Of a stretch of DNA of 64,000 nucleotides, positions 20,227 through 31,501 are shown piece after piece. How positions within the stretch are numbered: position 1 is the stretch's first letter; each line of letters begins with the position of its first letter. Under the pieces are notes generated by a model. It saw nothing but the letters and a program-made list of their open reading frames with translations. It had not been told where the DNA came from and searched no databases. Origin of the DNA: a virus (lineage: Duplodnaviria > Caudoviricetes); IMG/VR virus record IMGVR_UViG_2562617096_000005. One strand, written 5' to 3'. The translations under genes and the position numbers were made by a program.

Positions 20227-23117
20227 GTGAAAACAGAATATTTATTACGCTCAACAGCAGTACGCAACAGAACTTTTCCAATAGGTTCTGTTATTTTATA
20301 CCTTGAAAATGGTATGGTTTTAGTATCCAATGATTTCCGGCATAAAAGAACAAAGAAATTAGAAATGTATTGCTATTTACCAAAACAGGGAAAATGGGTG
20401 CTCACGCACGATAAAAACGACTTGACGGAAGAAATATGGAATTGCTACCGCAAGAACCATATCAAGTATAAAAGAAAGGAAAGTTTCAATACATATAAAC
20501 GTATGATGAAACACGACAGGAAGCACAAAAGAGGTTCTGGAGGGCAACGCTTAGGCTTTTCAGGTACAGTGACAGATTATGAATGTTGTAAAGAACCAAT
20601 ACACGATTTCAGACGTGTATACAATTAAAAGAAAGGAAGTGTAAAATATGAACACTATCGAATTGATTGCTACTTTAAAGGAAATGGGGAAAAAAGCGGG
20701 AAAAGAAAATATAGTAGGTGGCATTATTGACGCAATTATTAACTACTACAACAATAAAGCTAATTTTTTTGAGGAGGATGCTATAAGAGTGTTTAAAAGA
20801 TTTTTGAAAACAGGTGTATTGCAGTTTTCATAAAATATATTTCAGGCTAGGCTTTTGCCTAGTCTTTTTTATGCCTAAAAATATTTCAAAGAAAGGGAAA
20901 AATATGACTATTTTAGAGGAAAAAGAAGCATTAAAGAAAGAATTGTTAAAAGCGAAATCAGAAGGACTGAGAGTGTTTATAAACAAATCACCAGATTATG
21001 CCTATGGACTTATGACAGATGGCATAAGCATGATTTACGTTGATATTACAAACTACCCCTACGGCTTTACAACTAGCCTTGAATACGTACCAAATAAAGC
21101 AACAGGCAGCGGATGCCATACGCTTGATCATGGCTATTATTATAAAGAATTAAATAAGGGAATTTTTCTTGAAGCAGTCAATGCAGGAAAGAAAAGAGCT
21201 TTTGTATATGGTGCAGAATGTTATAAAAGCTTTGAACACTATCTCAAACGACATCCTGATTTTTACAGGTTTTATAGAGAATTATAAAGGGAAAAGAGAA
21301 AATGAGAATACCAGAAAAATATAGAGAATTATACACCTGTCAACTACCTTTACGTTTGCAACAATCCATTCTTAATGCTGTGGAAAGAACATTTGAAGGT
21401 AGTTTTTTAACGGAAAGCGAAATTCAGGAAGCAGTAGAAAGTGTGGGCTGTGAACAGGTAAAAAATCTGACAGATACTATTTACATTGAATTTGTATAGA
21501 AAGGGAAAAGAATAGAATGAGAATGAAACAGCAAGCACAGTACCCTTGTAGAAATTGCATATATTTTCACACTTGCGGAGAAAATACACGTACTGAATAT
21601 TGTGCAGGACGCACGACTAAATCAGAAAAGAAAGCAGAAGATAAAAGAAACAGAAAGGATAAATAATCATGCCACAGGTATCAATCGTATTAGGTGTTAT
21701 GTCAATCCTCTTAAAAGGACTTGCAAAAATAGATAAAACAGACGTGAAAGGAACTTTACTTTGTGCAAAGATGGCAGAAGTAGGATTTTTTATTACAGGC
21801 TGTATAGCTTTGTTTTAAAGGGAAAATAGAAATACAGAAAGAGGCGTGAATTATCACGTCTTTTTTAATGTACAAAAGGAGATGAAAACTATGGAAGCAT
21901 GGACAAGTGATATTTTAGCAGCTTATGAGGAAGCAAAAGGAAACAATTATGAAGAGGAATAATGTTATGGAAAGCTATATTATTGGTATAAAAAACGGAA
22001 AGTGTGTTGTGGCAACGGAAACTGAAATAATTAACAATGCTTTAGAACAAGAGAAACAAGGGATAGAACCTCATTATGTGTATCAGCCAAATAAAGAAGA
22101 AAAGCCCATAGGAAATCCCGGTTGGCTGGTGTGGAATTCTTACAGTCATGGCTGTGGAGTTGTTCACAGAAGAGATGATGGAAAAATGGTTATATTTACA
22201 GGATTACAAGGAGATTTTAGCTATGTATGATAATGATGAAATAGTAACAAAGAAATTTCAAAAGGCTTGTTTTATTTTAACAATATTAACAGGCGTTATT
22301 TTACTATTATTGAATTTTACACTCTTCACATTCAGGCATTATAGTCATAACCAATTAAGGGGATTTGATGTTGAATATATTGAAACAACGGAAAATAGCA
22401 TAATACTGACTGTCGATAATCAGCAGCTTAATATCTCAAAAGAGAAATTAGAAGACAATCTCATAATTGATATTAGAGATATTGTAGATTGGAACACAGA
22501 CGGAACAGAAATTGCATTGTCTCTAGCAAACGGAAATGAACTTTATGCAACGCAAACCCAAAATATTTATGCTCCAAAATTTAAAAACTACGTGGGATTT
22601 AATGAAATCCAAAGCGTAGAAGAAACGGAAACAGAAATACATATCACTACTAAGGATGGAAATATATACACTATTAAAAAATAAAATATCTTTTATAATT
22701 GATTGAACCCATAAACGGAAATTTGTTTGTGGGTTTTATTGAATTATAAAAGAAAGGAGGAAAAGGAAAATGAAAACATTAACTCTTGCATTGTCTCAAA
22801 GTAAATACACTTACAATATTCCAGAAGCTATTGATGGTTATATTTTTGATTATACACCTGACATAACTGAAATTGTAGCATTGGAAAATAAAGCAGAAAT
22901 CAAACTTCTGGATATTTTGCATTCAAAAGGTTTCAAAAAGCGAAATTTCTTTTTCAAACCAGAAACTTACAAAGTGCATATCAATTTATATATGACAGGT
23001 TTTTCAAGTATGTTAATTAGTTTTTTGAATGTATGTTATAGCTATGGAATTCATGTAACTTGCTATCATTATAACAGAAAGGATAATCATTTCTTTGCTC
23101 AGGAAGTAGCAATGTAA
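20227..23117 (+). CDS. Run of small hypothetical early ORFs (20227-20628, 20648-20833, 20903-21287, 21302-21499, 21962-22230, 22223-22684, 22770-23117)
   Basis: Co-directional ORFs with AAAGG(G)A RBSs and interspersed terminators (e.g. AGGCTAGGC-TTTT-GCCTAGTCT-T7 at ~20844). Confidence 0.6.
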
Positions 23118-23144
23118 TTAAAAGTAATTGAAAGGGATATAGTT

Positions 23145-24015
23145 ATGAAAAGAATAATTGTAAATAATGAATTAGATAAAATGCGTTTAGCATTAGGTTT
23201 AACAGAAGAAACAATTCAAGGCGATGTAGAAAGACTTTTTAATATTGCAAGCCATAATAAAGTTGGCAATAAAATTATGGCAAATGTTCCATTATGTTTA
23301 ATTTATATTGATGACAGCTACCAGAGAACAGAAACTTTTTCAAAAGCAAAAGCAAGCGAAATTGCTGCTAATTTTATCGAAGCTGCTTATGATCCAATTA
23401 AACTGAATTACAGAGATGGACGTTTTTATTGTCCAGCAGGACAACACAGGATTTACGCTCACATGCTGATGCATAGGGAATATATTGGAGCTGAATTATT
23501 CCAGAGTGATTATGAAAGCGAAATTGATATTTTCCTGACACAAGATGACAATAGAAGTAAGCTTACCCCATACGATAGATATAAAGCTGGATTAGCTGCT
23601 GGGAAATATGAAGATGTTACTTTGACTAAGATTTGCAACGAATATGGAGTGAGAATTGGTACAAAGGCAAAAGCAAGTGATACACAAATAGGTAGTATTA
23701 CCACTGCTAAAAGGAATTCTTAATCAATATGGAGAAAAAGGTTTGATATGGATTTTTGATATTATTGAAAGTGCCGGATGGAAAAATCAAATAAGAGCAT
23801 TTGACTCACGAACTTTTAGAGCATTAAAGAGAGTATATTCTTTTAAGCCAGATGATTTGACAAAGCAAAGAATGATAAAAGCTATGTCTGAAACTACTCC
23901 TTTGAATTTGTGTGCATCAGCTCTTATTGCTTATCCATCTCATGATGTAGAGTTAGCGTTATCAAACTATTTATTGGATGCAGCAAAAGGGAAAAGTATT
24001 TCTAAAATGGCATAA
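23145..24015 (+). CDS. ParB-like (DUF6551-type) protein, frameshifted at the A4 run 23709-23712
   Basis: DDSYQR...GQHR motif; deleting one A joins it to the 23743-24015 frame (AKGILNQYGEKGLIW). Confidence 0.65.
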
Positions 24016-24033
24016 ATAATGGAGAATTAATAT

Positions 24034-24578
24034 ATGAAAGATTTTATTAAAGAATTTAAAAGAGATATTACTTCTTATGGCAAAGAACATTACACAGCTT
24101 GCGAAAAGGAAACAAATATAGATGATATTTACAGACAAGAAACATTAATCTGTGAACGTGGAAAGATTCTTTATAATTGCCTTGAAGTGAGAGATAGCAC
24201 TACATATCAAGCTTCTGGAATAGTTTCCAATGATGTAGAACAGTTTTTGAAACTTCCTATAAGCGAAATTGAAAGCATGTGTAATGTAATATATCACTAT
24301 AGCTTAGTAGAGGTAGAAGAATGAAACAATCACAAGTTGTGGCAGAATATGACTACTACACATTAGAACAGGCAAGAGAAATATTGTATCCAGAATTTAT
24401 AGCGAAAAGGCAAATGAAAAACAGATATAAAAGGAAAAAACTTATCAAGCAAAAATGTATAGGATTTGGTTTATCTTTATGCTCTATCATTGCAATATTA
24501 TGTGGTGATGGAGCTTTTATTTTACCATTATTGTTAAGTTTTTATATTATGCTTACAAATAAAATCATCATTATTTAA
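24034..24578 (+). CDS. Two small hypothetical ORFs (24034-24324; 24321-24578, membrane)
   Basis: Coupled ORFs; the second has a hydrophobic C-terminus. Confidence 0.55.
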
Positions 24579-24590
24579 TATAAAGGGAAG

Positions 24591-24956
24591 GCACATTCCG
24601 TATATAGCAAAGCTGTTGTATTTACCATTCATGATCCGGAGGCATATCACCCATTCATGCCTCCGGATCATGAATTACATCAATTCCATAAAGAAATGTG
24701 TTGTAACAGAACTGCTATATCAATCGTTGGCACAAGCGAAATGATAAGTAAACTGAATGATTTAATTTCATGTCAGGATAGAAGCACCACTGCTTCTACC
24801 CTGCATACAAATATCAATAGAATTAAGAAATGTGTTGTTGCAGAACACTTATCTAATAATCTAATAGTAAGCCTATTATATTTTAACTTATCCTACAGCA
24901 AGGCGTATCAATACGCCTAAGCAGTAGCATAGCATCACTACAATATAGAAATGTGT
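24591..24956 (+). ncRNA. Array A: three structured repeat units related to the RT-proximal units
   Basis: (A/T)AGAAATGTG at 24691, 24825 and 24946, each preceded by a different hairpin (perfect 19-bp IR 24627-24645/24657-24675; TAGAAGCA/TGCTTCTA; AGGCGTAT/ATACGCCT). Confidence 0.7.
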
Positions 24957-25009
24957 CGAGATAGGACTACTACAAAAAACAAATATAAAAAGTAAAGGGG
25001 AAAAGAAGC

Positions 25010-25852
25010 ATGACAAGAGAAGATATCATTAGAGAGTTAGAAGTAAAGGGATTTAATGTGGAAATGAAAGATACTGTAAAAAATGGAGTAATATGTAAAG
25101 GCATTTTAGTACATGATGAAAAAGACGTAAATCCGTTAATATATACAGAACAGATGATACAAGAGGCAGATAAACGTAAAAAGACACTAGAAGAAGTAGT
25201 AGATGAATTTATTAAGGTGTACGAAAATAGCAAGGACTGTATGAAAATGGAAATTCAAAGAAGGAGATGGATACGCTATTTAATGAATCGTGACTGGGTA
25301 ATGAAACATTTAAGTATTGCAATTCAAAAATCTTCAGATGAAAATTTAGTAAAACATGATTTAGATAATTTTACAGGAATGGAGGCATACTTGTTACTAA
25401 TGGAAAATGGAAAAGAAGATGAAAGTTATTCTATGAAAATTGAAACTTGTCATTTAAAACAATGGAATATTAGTGAGGAAGAAGCATGGAAAATAGCTTA
25501 TAAGCATATCTGCGAAGAAACTCATATTGTTGGAATGTCTCAGATGATGAGTGAATTAATCGGAGCACCAGTAGAAGAGGAAGAAGACGATATGATGTAT
25601 GTGATTTCCAATTCTGACAAAATGAAAGGTGCAAGTGCGATTTTGAATGAAAAAGCATTGAAAGAATTTGCACAGAAGAAAGGTGTCGCTAGACTTTATG
25701 TTTTACCTTCATCTGTACATGAGATGATTATCATACCGGATAACGGAGAATTTGATTTATCCGTTTTAAGTGAGATGGTATCAGAAGTAAACAATACAGA
25801 AGTAAAACCAGAAGAACAGCTTCCAAGTCGTGCATACTTGTTAGAATTTTAA
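25010..25852 (+). CDS. DUF5688-like protein
   Basis: KNG N-terminus; MYVISN...GASAIL...YVLPSSVHEMIIIP...MVSEVN...V..EEQL. Confidence 0.75.
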   Translation: MTREDIIRELEVKGFNVEMKDTVKNGVICKGILVHDEKDVNPLIYTEQMIQEADKRKKTLEEVVDEFIKVYENSKDCMKMEIQRRRWIRYLMNRDWVMKHLSIAIQKSSDENLVKHDLDNFTGMEAYLLLMENGKEDESYSMKIETCHLKQWNISEEEAWKIAYKHICEETHIVGMSQMMSELIGAPVEEEEDDMMYVISNSDKMKGASAILNEKALKEFAQKKGVARLYVLPSSVHEMIIIPDNGEFDLSVLSEMVSEVNNTEVKPEEQLPSRAYLLEF

Positions 25853-25877
25853 TCAATATACGAAGGGAGAAATTAAA

Positions 25878-26360
25878 GTGACAAGTGTTTTTAAAAAATT
25901 GTTAAATGCAGCCAAAAACGGAAGTTATAAAATTTCCCTGCAAGATAAAACTCTGGTCATTAACGGAAGAGAAGTAATTAAAAATGGAATATATTCCAGT
26001 GAAAATATTCTTATTGAGCCATCCGATTTGGATGGTTATTTTTATGAAGGAAATGAGATAGAAGAAATTAAAAGCGAACCGTGGAATTGTGTTCGTATGC
26101 TTTATGAATTATATAAGTATTCTATTCCAGATAAGAAATGGGATGATAGAAAAAGTGTATTCAAAGCTTTACCAATCGAGCTAATCTCAGAGGAAGATAT
26201 GGTACTAAATCATCCAAGATATATGGCTTGTGCAGTTTTAGAAGGTTACATCCTGTTAGCAGGTCTTCAAGGCTGGTTGAAATGGGAAAGGGAAGACCAT
26301 TGGTATTGGGTAAATAAATACGATAGAGAATGTATTGTATTGAAACAGTGGGTTATTTAA
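25878..26360 (+). CDS. Hypothetical protein between the ncRNA clusters (candidate RT partner)
   Basis: ORF with RBS; LYELYKYSIP and Trp-rich C-terminus. Confidence 0.65.
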   Translation: MTSVFKKLLNAAKNGSYKISLQDKTLVINGREVIKNGIYSSENILIEPSDLDGYFYEGNEIEEIKSEPWNCVRMLYELYKYSIPDKKWDDRKSVFKALPIELISEEDMVLNHPRYMACAVLEGYILLAGLQGWLKWEREDHWYWVNKYDRECIVLKQWVI

Positions 26361-26406
26361 ATAGGTAGTAATTTAAATTTATATATAATAAAAGGAGAAT
26401 GAAATT

Positions 26407-27252
26407 ATGAAAACATCTTTAAGCGAAATGATTAAACAGTTGGAAGAGCAGGGTATTGATACAAGTAAATTTAGTATTAATATTGATGGAAAGGATTTGA
26501 ATGAATTCTTAGACTTAGCAAAGAGAAATGTAGAGCAGGGCACAGTGGAACATAAAACATTTAGAAGATGGGTGCTCGCTCAAACTTGGAAAATGCTTAC
26601 AGAGTTAGTATACGATCCAAATGACAGAAGATTTGACGCAGGATGGGAAAGATACATGAGACTTAAATATGATTATAAATATCAGTTTACTGTGCTTATG
26701 GACGAACTGAAAGTGTTGGATAAGATGAAAAAGAGAAACAGCGCATCTGAAGAATATACAATCAGAAAATTGTTTTTTACCCAAGATGTTGTTTTGAAAA
26801 CATGTAATCATGCATTAGCAAGTTTTAGAAAGAATATTGCTTATTTTAGAGGATATTTTAGTGATACAGTAAATAGAATTTTAGAAGAAGCAGAAAGAAC
26901 ATATTCTCTGATGATATCTCGCAAGCGTAATGATTATCATTCTATGTATGTATTGTTAGATAGCTTTATTAAGACGGGGATTTTAAATCATATCAATAAT
27001 AGAGAGAGAAAGTGTCAGGAATGGAAAGATGCTTATAAAGCTGCTGGTGCATATTATAGCTTACAGAACATGATTTTGTATCATGATTGCATGTTGCCAT
27101 TGTGCGCTAAAAAAGAAAGCTATTTTGAATTAAATAGAATAACTACAAGATATTCACGCATAGGAGAATTATGGAGATTACATGCACTGATGCTTGAAAC
27201 TATTGATTATAATGATTTTGACTTAGTAAAGTCTATTTGTAAGCGAAAATAA
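26407..27252 (+). CDS. Hypothetical helical protein directly upstream of array B (candidate RT partner)
   Basis: ORF with RBS; FRRWVLAQ and WKDAYKAAGAYYSLQNMILYH segments. Confidence 0.7.
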   Translation: MKTSLSEMIKQLEEQGIDTSKFSINIDGKDLNEFLDLAKRNVEQGTVEHKTFRRWVLAQTWKMLTELVYDPNDRRFDAGWERYMRLKYDYKYQFTVLMDELKVLDKMKKRNSASEEYTIRKLFFTQDVVLKTCNHALASFRKNIAYFRGYFSDTVNRILEEAERTYSLMISRKRNDYHSMYVLLDSFIKTGILNHINNRERKCQEWKDAYKAAGAYYSLQNMILYHDCMLPLCAKKESYFELNRITTRYSRIGELWRLHALMLETIDYNDFDLVKSICKRK

Positions 27253-27540
27253 GATACAACCCTAGAGCAAGGGAATTGATAATAGATGTTGTATTTTTAT
27301 TATTTACAACCCGGTATTTCCATCGCCTCCTTAGCTAGCCCATGCTAGAGAGGAGATGCTTCATCCCTGGTTGTAATACATCATAAATATAAAGAAATGC
27401 TCCATACAACATAAATTATCAAACTCTCTGTGCAGAGAGTAAGGCAAATGGAATATATGATTTAATAGTCTCGCTGCTTCTGTCAGCCAACTGAAGCTGC
27501 AGCGATGCTAAATCAAAAAAATAAAGTAATGCACCAGATA
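27253..27540 (+). ncRNA. Array B: two structured units immediately upstream of the RT
   Basis: GAGCA...hairpin...TACATCA..ATAAAGAAATGCTC and GTGCA...hairpin...TAAATCA..ATAAAGTAATGCAC. Confidence 0.72.
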
Positions 27541-27566
27541 TTTAGTTTGTCGGAAAGGAAAATGGT

Positions 27567-28847
27567 ATGAAAGTAAGCAAATTATTAAAAATGATGTTTG
27601 AATTTGACAGATGGCAGGAATTAATTAACCATGCAACGGAAAAGGGAATACGTTTAGATGTATTGCATGAGTATTGTTTTGAAGAGAAAAGAGAAAAATT
27701 GTTTGCTGATATTTTAAGCAATCAATACAACATTTTTCCTCCTCATATAGCACGAATTCCAAAAGATAAGCCGGGAGAATTTAGAGAAGTATACGTAAAT
27801 GAAGCTTTAGATAGAATTGTACTTACTTTAATAAATGACTGTCTTTGTGATTTGTTTAAAGATATGGTACATCCAAATTGTAAATCATATCAAAAAGGCA
27901 CATCAACACAAAAAGTAGTATTGGAAGTGTCTCAGAAAATTGTAAGTCTTAATAAACAAGGAATTATTGGTTATAAATCAGATTTTTCTAAATATTTTGA
28001 CACAGTAAATATTGAAGTCATTGATAATATATTTGACGTATTGGAAAAAAGATTAGGATTTAAAAAAGATACAGAACCTGTTATTAATCTTCTTAGAAGA
28101 TATTATCATCAAGATTTATATTTCAACCTGCAAGGTAAACTTGAAGCAAGGTATCAAGGGTTGAAGCAAGGATGTGCTGTAGCATCTTTTTTAGCTAACG
28201 CTTGCTTATATGAACTTGATGAATATATGGCAAATAAATATGAAATTTATTATAGATATAGTGATGATACAGTTGTCATTGATAATCATGTTGAAAATGT
28301 TATTACAGACATGAACAACATTATAAGTAAATATGGAGTCACTTTAAATCCTAAGAAAGTAGAACCTTTGTATTCTGATAAATGGTTTAAATTCTTAGGA
28401 TTTTTGATTAAGGGAAATCAAATAACTCTAAGTGGAACAAGAGTGAAAAAATTTCAAAAGGAAGTTGAAAAAAGAAGCATTAAAAGACGAAAATGTTCTA
28501 GCAAACAAGCAAAAAATGCAATTACAAAATTCCTTTACGAAGGAGAATTTAACTGGGCTACATCATGTTTAAGTATTATAAATGTAGAAAAAGATATCAA
28601 TGAATTAAATGGTTTTATTATGGATTGTATTCGAGCTTGCGAAACAGGGAAAAAGAAAATTGGCGGATTAGGAAGTGTAACTAATCTTCCTGATAAAACA
28701 ATTCTTAGAGGTACAGGAAGAAATGTAAAAAGCAATAAGGCAAAAACAGGTTATATTGAAAAATATATATCTGTTGGATGTTTAGCTAAAGACGTAAAGC
28801 TGGCTCAACCAGTATTTGAAACTGTTGTAAGGAATATGTGGAGGTAA
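27567..28847 (+). CDS. Reverse transcriptase (standalone, unclassified)
   Basis: IPK..GEFR, DFSKYFD, GLKQG..VASFLAN, YRYSDD, LNPKK, FLGF: RT domains 1-7. Confidence 0.93.
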   Translation: MKVSKLLKMMFEFDRWQELINHATEKGIRLDVLHEYCFEEKREKLFADILSNQYNIFPPHIARIPKDKPGEFREVYVNEALDRIVLTLINDCLCDLFKDMVHPNCKSYQKGTSTQKVVLEVSQKIVSLNKQGIIGYKSDFSKYFDTVNIEVIDNIFDVLEKRLGFKKDTEPVINLLRRYYHQDLYFNLQGKLEARYQGLKQGCAVASFLANACLYELDEYMANKYEIYYRYSDDTVVIDNHVENVITDMNNIISKYGVTLNPKKVEPLYSDKWFKFLGFLIKGNQITLSGTRVKKFQKEVEKRSIKRRKCSSKQAKNAITKFLYEGEFNWATSCLSIINVEKDINELNGFIMDCIRACETGKKKIGGLGSVTNLPDKTILRGTGRNVKSNKAKTGYIEKYISVGCLAKDVKLAQPVFETVVRNMWR

Positions 28848-28851
28848 GAAT

Positions 28852-30207
28852 ATGAGCAATTATTGGGAATATAGAGATGTAAAAGTATTAATTGCAGAAA
28901 GACTCATGACAATGGACGGATGGAAAGTATATGGTTATCATCCAGACAATAGTGATGCTATGATAGATTACTTTGATCCAGCTTATTGGGATGGAATTGC
29001 AGAAAAGAATGGGTATGTTCTTTGTGTAGATGTATTCGGTGCTTCTGAAGCAAAGGAAATCAGAGAATATAATTATAATGGTACTGCAATTAATATGTCT
29101 ATCCAAGCTAAAATTGAAAAACTAGAACAAATGACTGTTGAAAGAGGAGCGAGTGAACAGGAAGAAGAATCTGCTAAGAAAATGATTGAAAATCTTCGCC
29201 AAAAGGCTGCAAAAGAAACTGAAACGGAAAAATATACAGTTGTTGGTATGATGCCGGGACACATGGCACATCCACCTAGAATGAACTGGCATATTGAAAA
29301 AGATGGCGTATATATTGCAAAAGGAAATGGATTATTAAAATTTCATGGAATTGATAGTTATTATAAATATCGTCAATATATGGAAGATTTATCAGACTAT
29401 AGAAAGCTGAGTAAAGAAAAATATAAAGAAAAATTTATGTTTGAACATAGAGATTCTTATAAGCCTGAAAGACTTAACGATGCTTTTGAATATCACTATA
29501 AAGAAATCTCAGAAAAGGCAAAGCTTTGCCAACAGTTTGATGCTCTTATAAATAAATTTGATACCACTTGCGGTGGACTGCTTGGAAGTGGAGATGGTTA
29601 TATTTATGAAGAAAAAACTGTAACCGAGTACAAAAAGGAAATGAAACCTTTTGAAACAGAAACAGGAGTTTTAAAAGAAGGACAATGTTTTATTCTGAAA
29701 ACTAGATTTAACTATGGTCATAACAAGGGACAAGTATTCAGGATACATGAGACAGAATACAATGGACAGAAAAACTATCATGCATATAAGCTAAATGGTA
29801 AATGCACAAAAGAATGCACAGGTAGAGCAAATTCTTCTAACTCTTGGAATTGTTTTAATGAAAAATTCTTTAAATGGATTGAAGAAGGATTTATTTCTTG
29901 GTGCGAAATAAGAGAAGTTAAAACCCCTTACGAGGTGAAAAAGGTAGTGAAAACAAAGATTAGTAACGCTAAAAATAATGAGGAGTCAAATAATAAAAGA
30001 AGATATACATATGATATTTCCGAAGATGTGGATACAAGAGATGGAAGTAAAATCTGGTTGGTAAAAGTGAAAGAGAAACTGTCTAAGGAAGAATATGTCA
30101 ATGTCAATCACTGGATGAAAGAATTAGGTGGTTATTATAGCAAATTTAAACACGCCTTTTTGTTTAAAGAAAATCCGGAAGCAAAGTTAAATATGGAGGC
30201 TGCATAA
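28852..30207 (+). CDS. Hypothetical multidomain protein (resembles polyvalent-protein-associated domains)
   Basis: SDAMIDYF, ERGASEQE, LSKEEY...LGGYYSKF..AFLF. Confidence 0.6.
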   Translation: MSNYWEYRDVKVLIAERLMTMDGWKVYGYHPDNSDAMIDYFDPAYWDGIAEKNGYVLCVDVFGASEAKEIREYNYNGTAINMSIQAKIEKLEQMTVERGASEQEEESAKKMIENLRQKAAKETETEKYTVVGMMPGHMAHPPRMNWHIEKDGVYIAKGNGLLKFHGIDSYYKYRQYMEDLSDYRKLSKEKYKEKFMFEHRDSYKPERLNDAFEYHYKEISEKAKLCQQFDALINKFDTTCGGLLGSGDGYIYEEKTVTEYKKEMKPFETETGVLKEGQCFILKTRFNYGHNKGQVFRIHETEYNGQKNYHAYKLNGKCTKECTGRANSSNSWNCFNEKFFKWIEEGFISWCEIREVKTPYEVKKVVKTKISNAKNNEESNNKRRYTYDISEDVDTRDGSKIWLVKVKEKLSKEEYVNVNHWMKELGGYYSKFKHAFLFKENPEAKLNMEAA

Positions 30208-30809
30208 TGAATGTAAAGATTAGTAATGGGAATTCAAAGATGGGAAAAATACCAAGCGTATCTTTTCCATCTTTATTGACTTGTATTAAATGTGATTGTA
30301 ATAAAATCTGTTATGCTCATAAATTGGAAAAACTACGACCTTCTGTGAGACAGTCTTATTTACATAATTGGAATTTATATAAATCAGATAGAGAAACTTA
30401 CTGGAGAGAAATCGAGGCAACGATTATGTTGTCTCGATTTTTTAGATTTCATGTATCTGGTGATATTCCAGATCAAGATTATATCCACAGAATGATAGAC
30501 GTTGCAAACAGACATCAGCATTGCGAAATCTTATGTTTCACTAAGAAGTTTGATATGTGCAATAAAGAAATATCTGAAAGAAAAGGCGAACTACCTAATA
30601 ATTTACATCTTATTTATAGTGGTTGGAAGAATTTAAAAATGAAAAATCCATACAATCTTCCAGAAGCTCATGTGAGATATAGAGATGGTACTACAACAGC
30701 AATGGAAGAAGCTATTGAGTGTGACGGAGATTGTACTGAATGTGCAATTACGGATAGTGGTTGCTGGGTATTGAAAAAGGGAGAACAAGTTGTGTTCACT
30801 CAACATTGA
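30207..30809 (+). CDS. Gp88-like phage protein
   Basis: GNSKMG, C..C..CYA, FRFHVSGD, C..C..C..C. Confidence 0.7.
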   Translation: MNVKISNGNSKMGKIPSVSFPSLLTCIKCDCNKICYAHKLEKLRPSVRQSYLHNWNLYKSDRETYWREIEATIMLSRFFRFHVSGDIPDQDYIHRMIDVANRHQHCEILCFTKKFDMCNKEISERKGELPNNLHLIYSGWKNLKMKNPYNLPEAHVRYRDGTTTAMEEAIECDGDCTECAITDSGCWVLKKGEQVVFTQH

Positions 30810-30823
30810 AAGGAGAGTTAAAA

Positions 30824-31484
30824 ATGAAATATATGATGATTTGTTATTCAGAGCATGACAACGAAATTGTAGAACATAAGTTGTTTGACTCTCTTAAAGA
30901 AGCTGTTGAATACATGACACATGATATAAATAAAACATACAGAACAGAAAAATTCATGATTGAATCAGATAGTTGTCACAAGGTAATTGAGGAGATGACT
31001 GGAATGGTTGAGTCCTGTGCAGGAGAATATAGATGGACATGGACAATTTTTAAAGTGGAGGTATAAACAATCAAATGTCAATTAGAGATTTTTTAGAAAT
31101 GTGTACAACGCAAGATAATGTTAATATAAGCATCTTTGATTGTGATGCAGAAGAGAGTACATTCAGAGGAACTATTGAAGATGCACTAAATTGTGAAGAA
31201 GATTGGCTTTTAGAAATCTTAGAGGAGTATATAACCTCATGGGATTTTGATCATTTCACAAGAGAAATCGGAATCAATTATTAGGAGAATACAAAATGGA
31301 AAGAAGTATTACAAAAGCAAAGGAATTATGGAAAGATTTTGGAAATGTGCCGATGAATCCAGAAACAGAATGTATTGAAGAAGAATGGAACGGGTTTCCG
31401 GCGGGAACACATAGAGAAGAAATCTGGCATTGGTTTGAAGAAGAGTTTGATTTAAGTGTTGCAGAAGATTTAATGGGATTGTAG
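30824..31484 (+). CDS. Three small hypothetical ORFs (30824-31066, 31075-31284, 31296-31484)
   Basis: Tandem ORFs with RBS; the last has FPAGTHREEIWHWFEE. Confidence 0.6.
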
Positions 31485-31501
31485 AAAGAGAGGAATATAT
31501 T

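Noticed and set aside
24591-24956. Array A as a CRISPR array or as ORF 24657-24920
   Set aside because: Conserved parts are only ~10-18 nt with 120-135 nt periods and hairpin interiors; the ORF has no RBS and starts inside a perfect hairpin
27567-28847. RT as a group II intron, DGR, canonical retron or CRISPR-RT
   Set aside because: No domain V/VI or room for intron RNA downstream (next gene starts 4 nt later), no avd/TR nearby, FLG rather than VTG, no cas1
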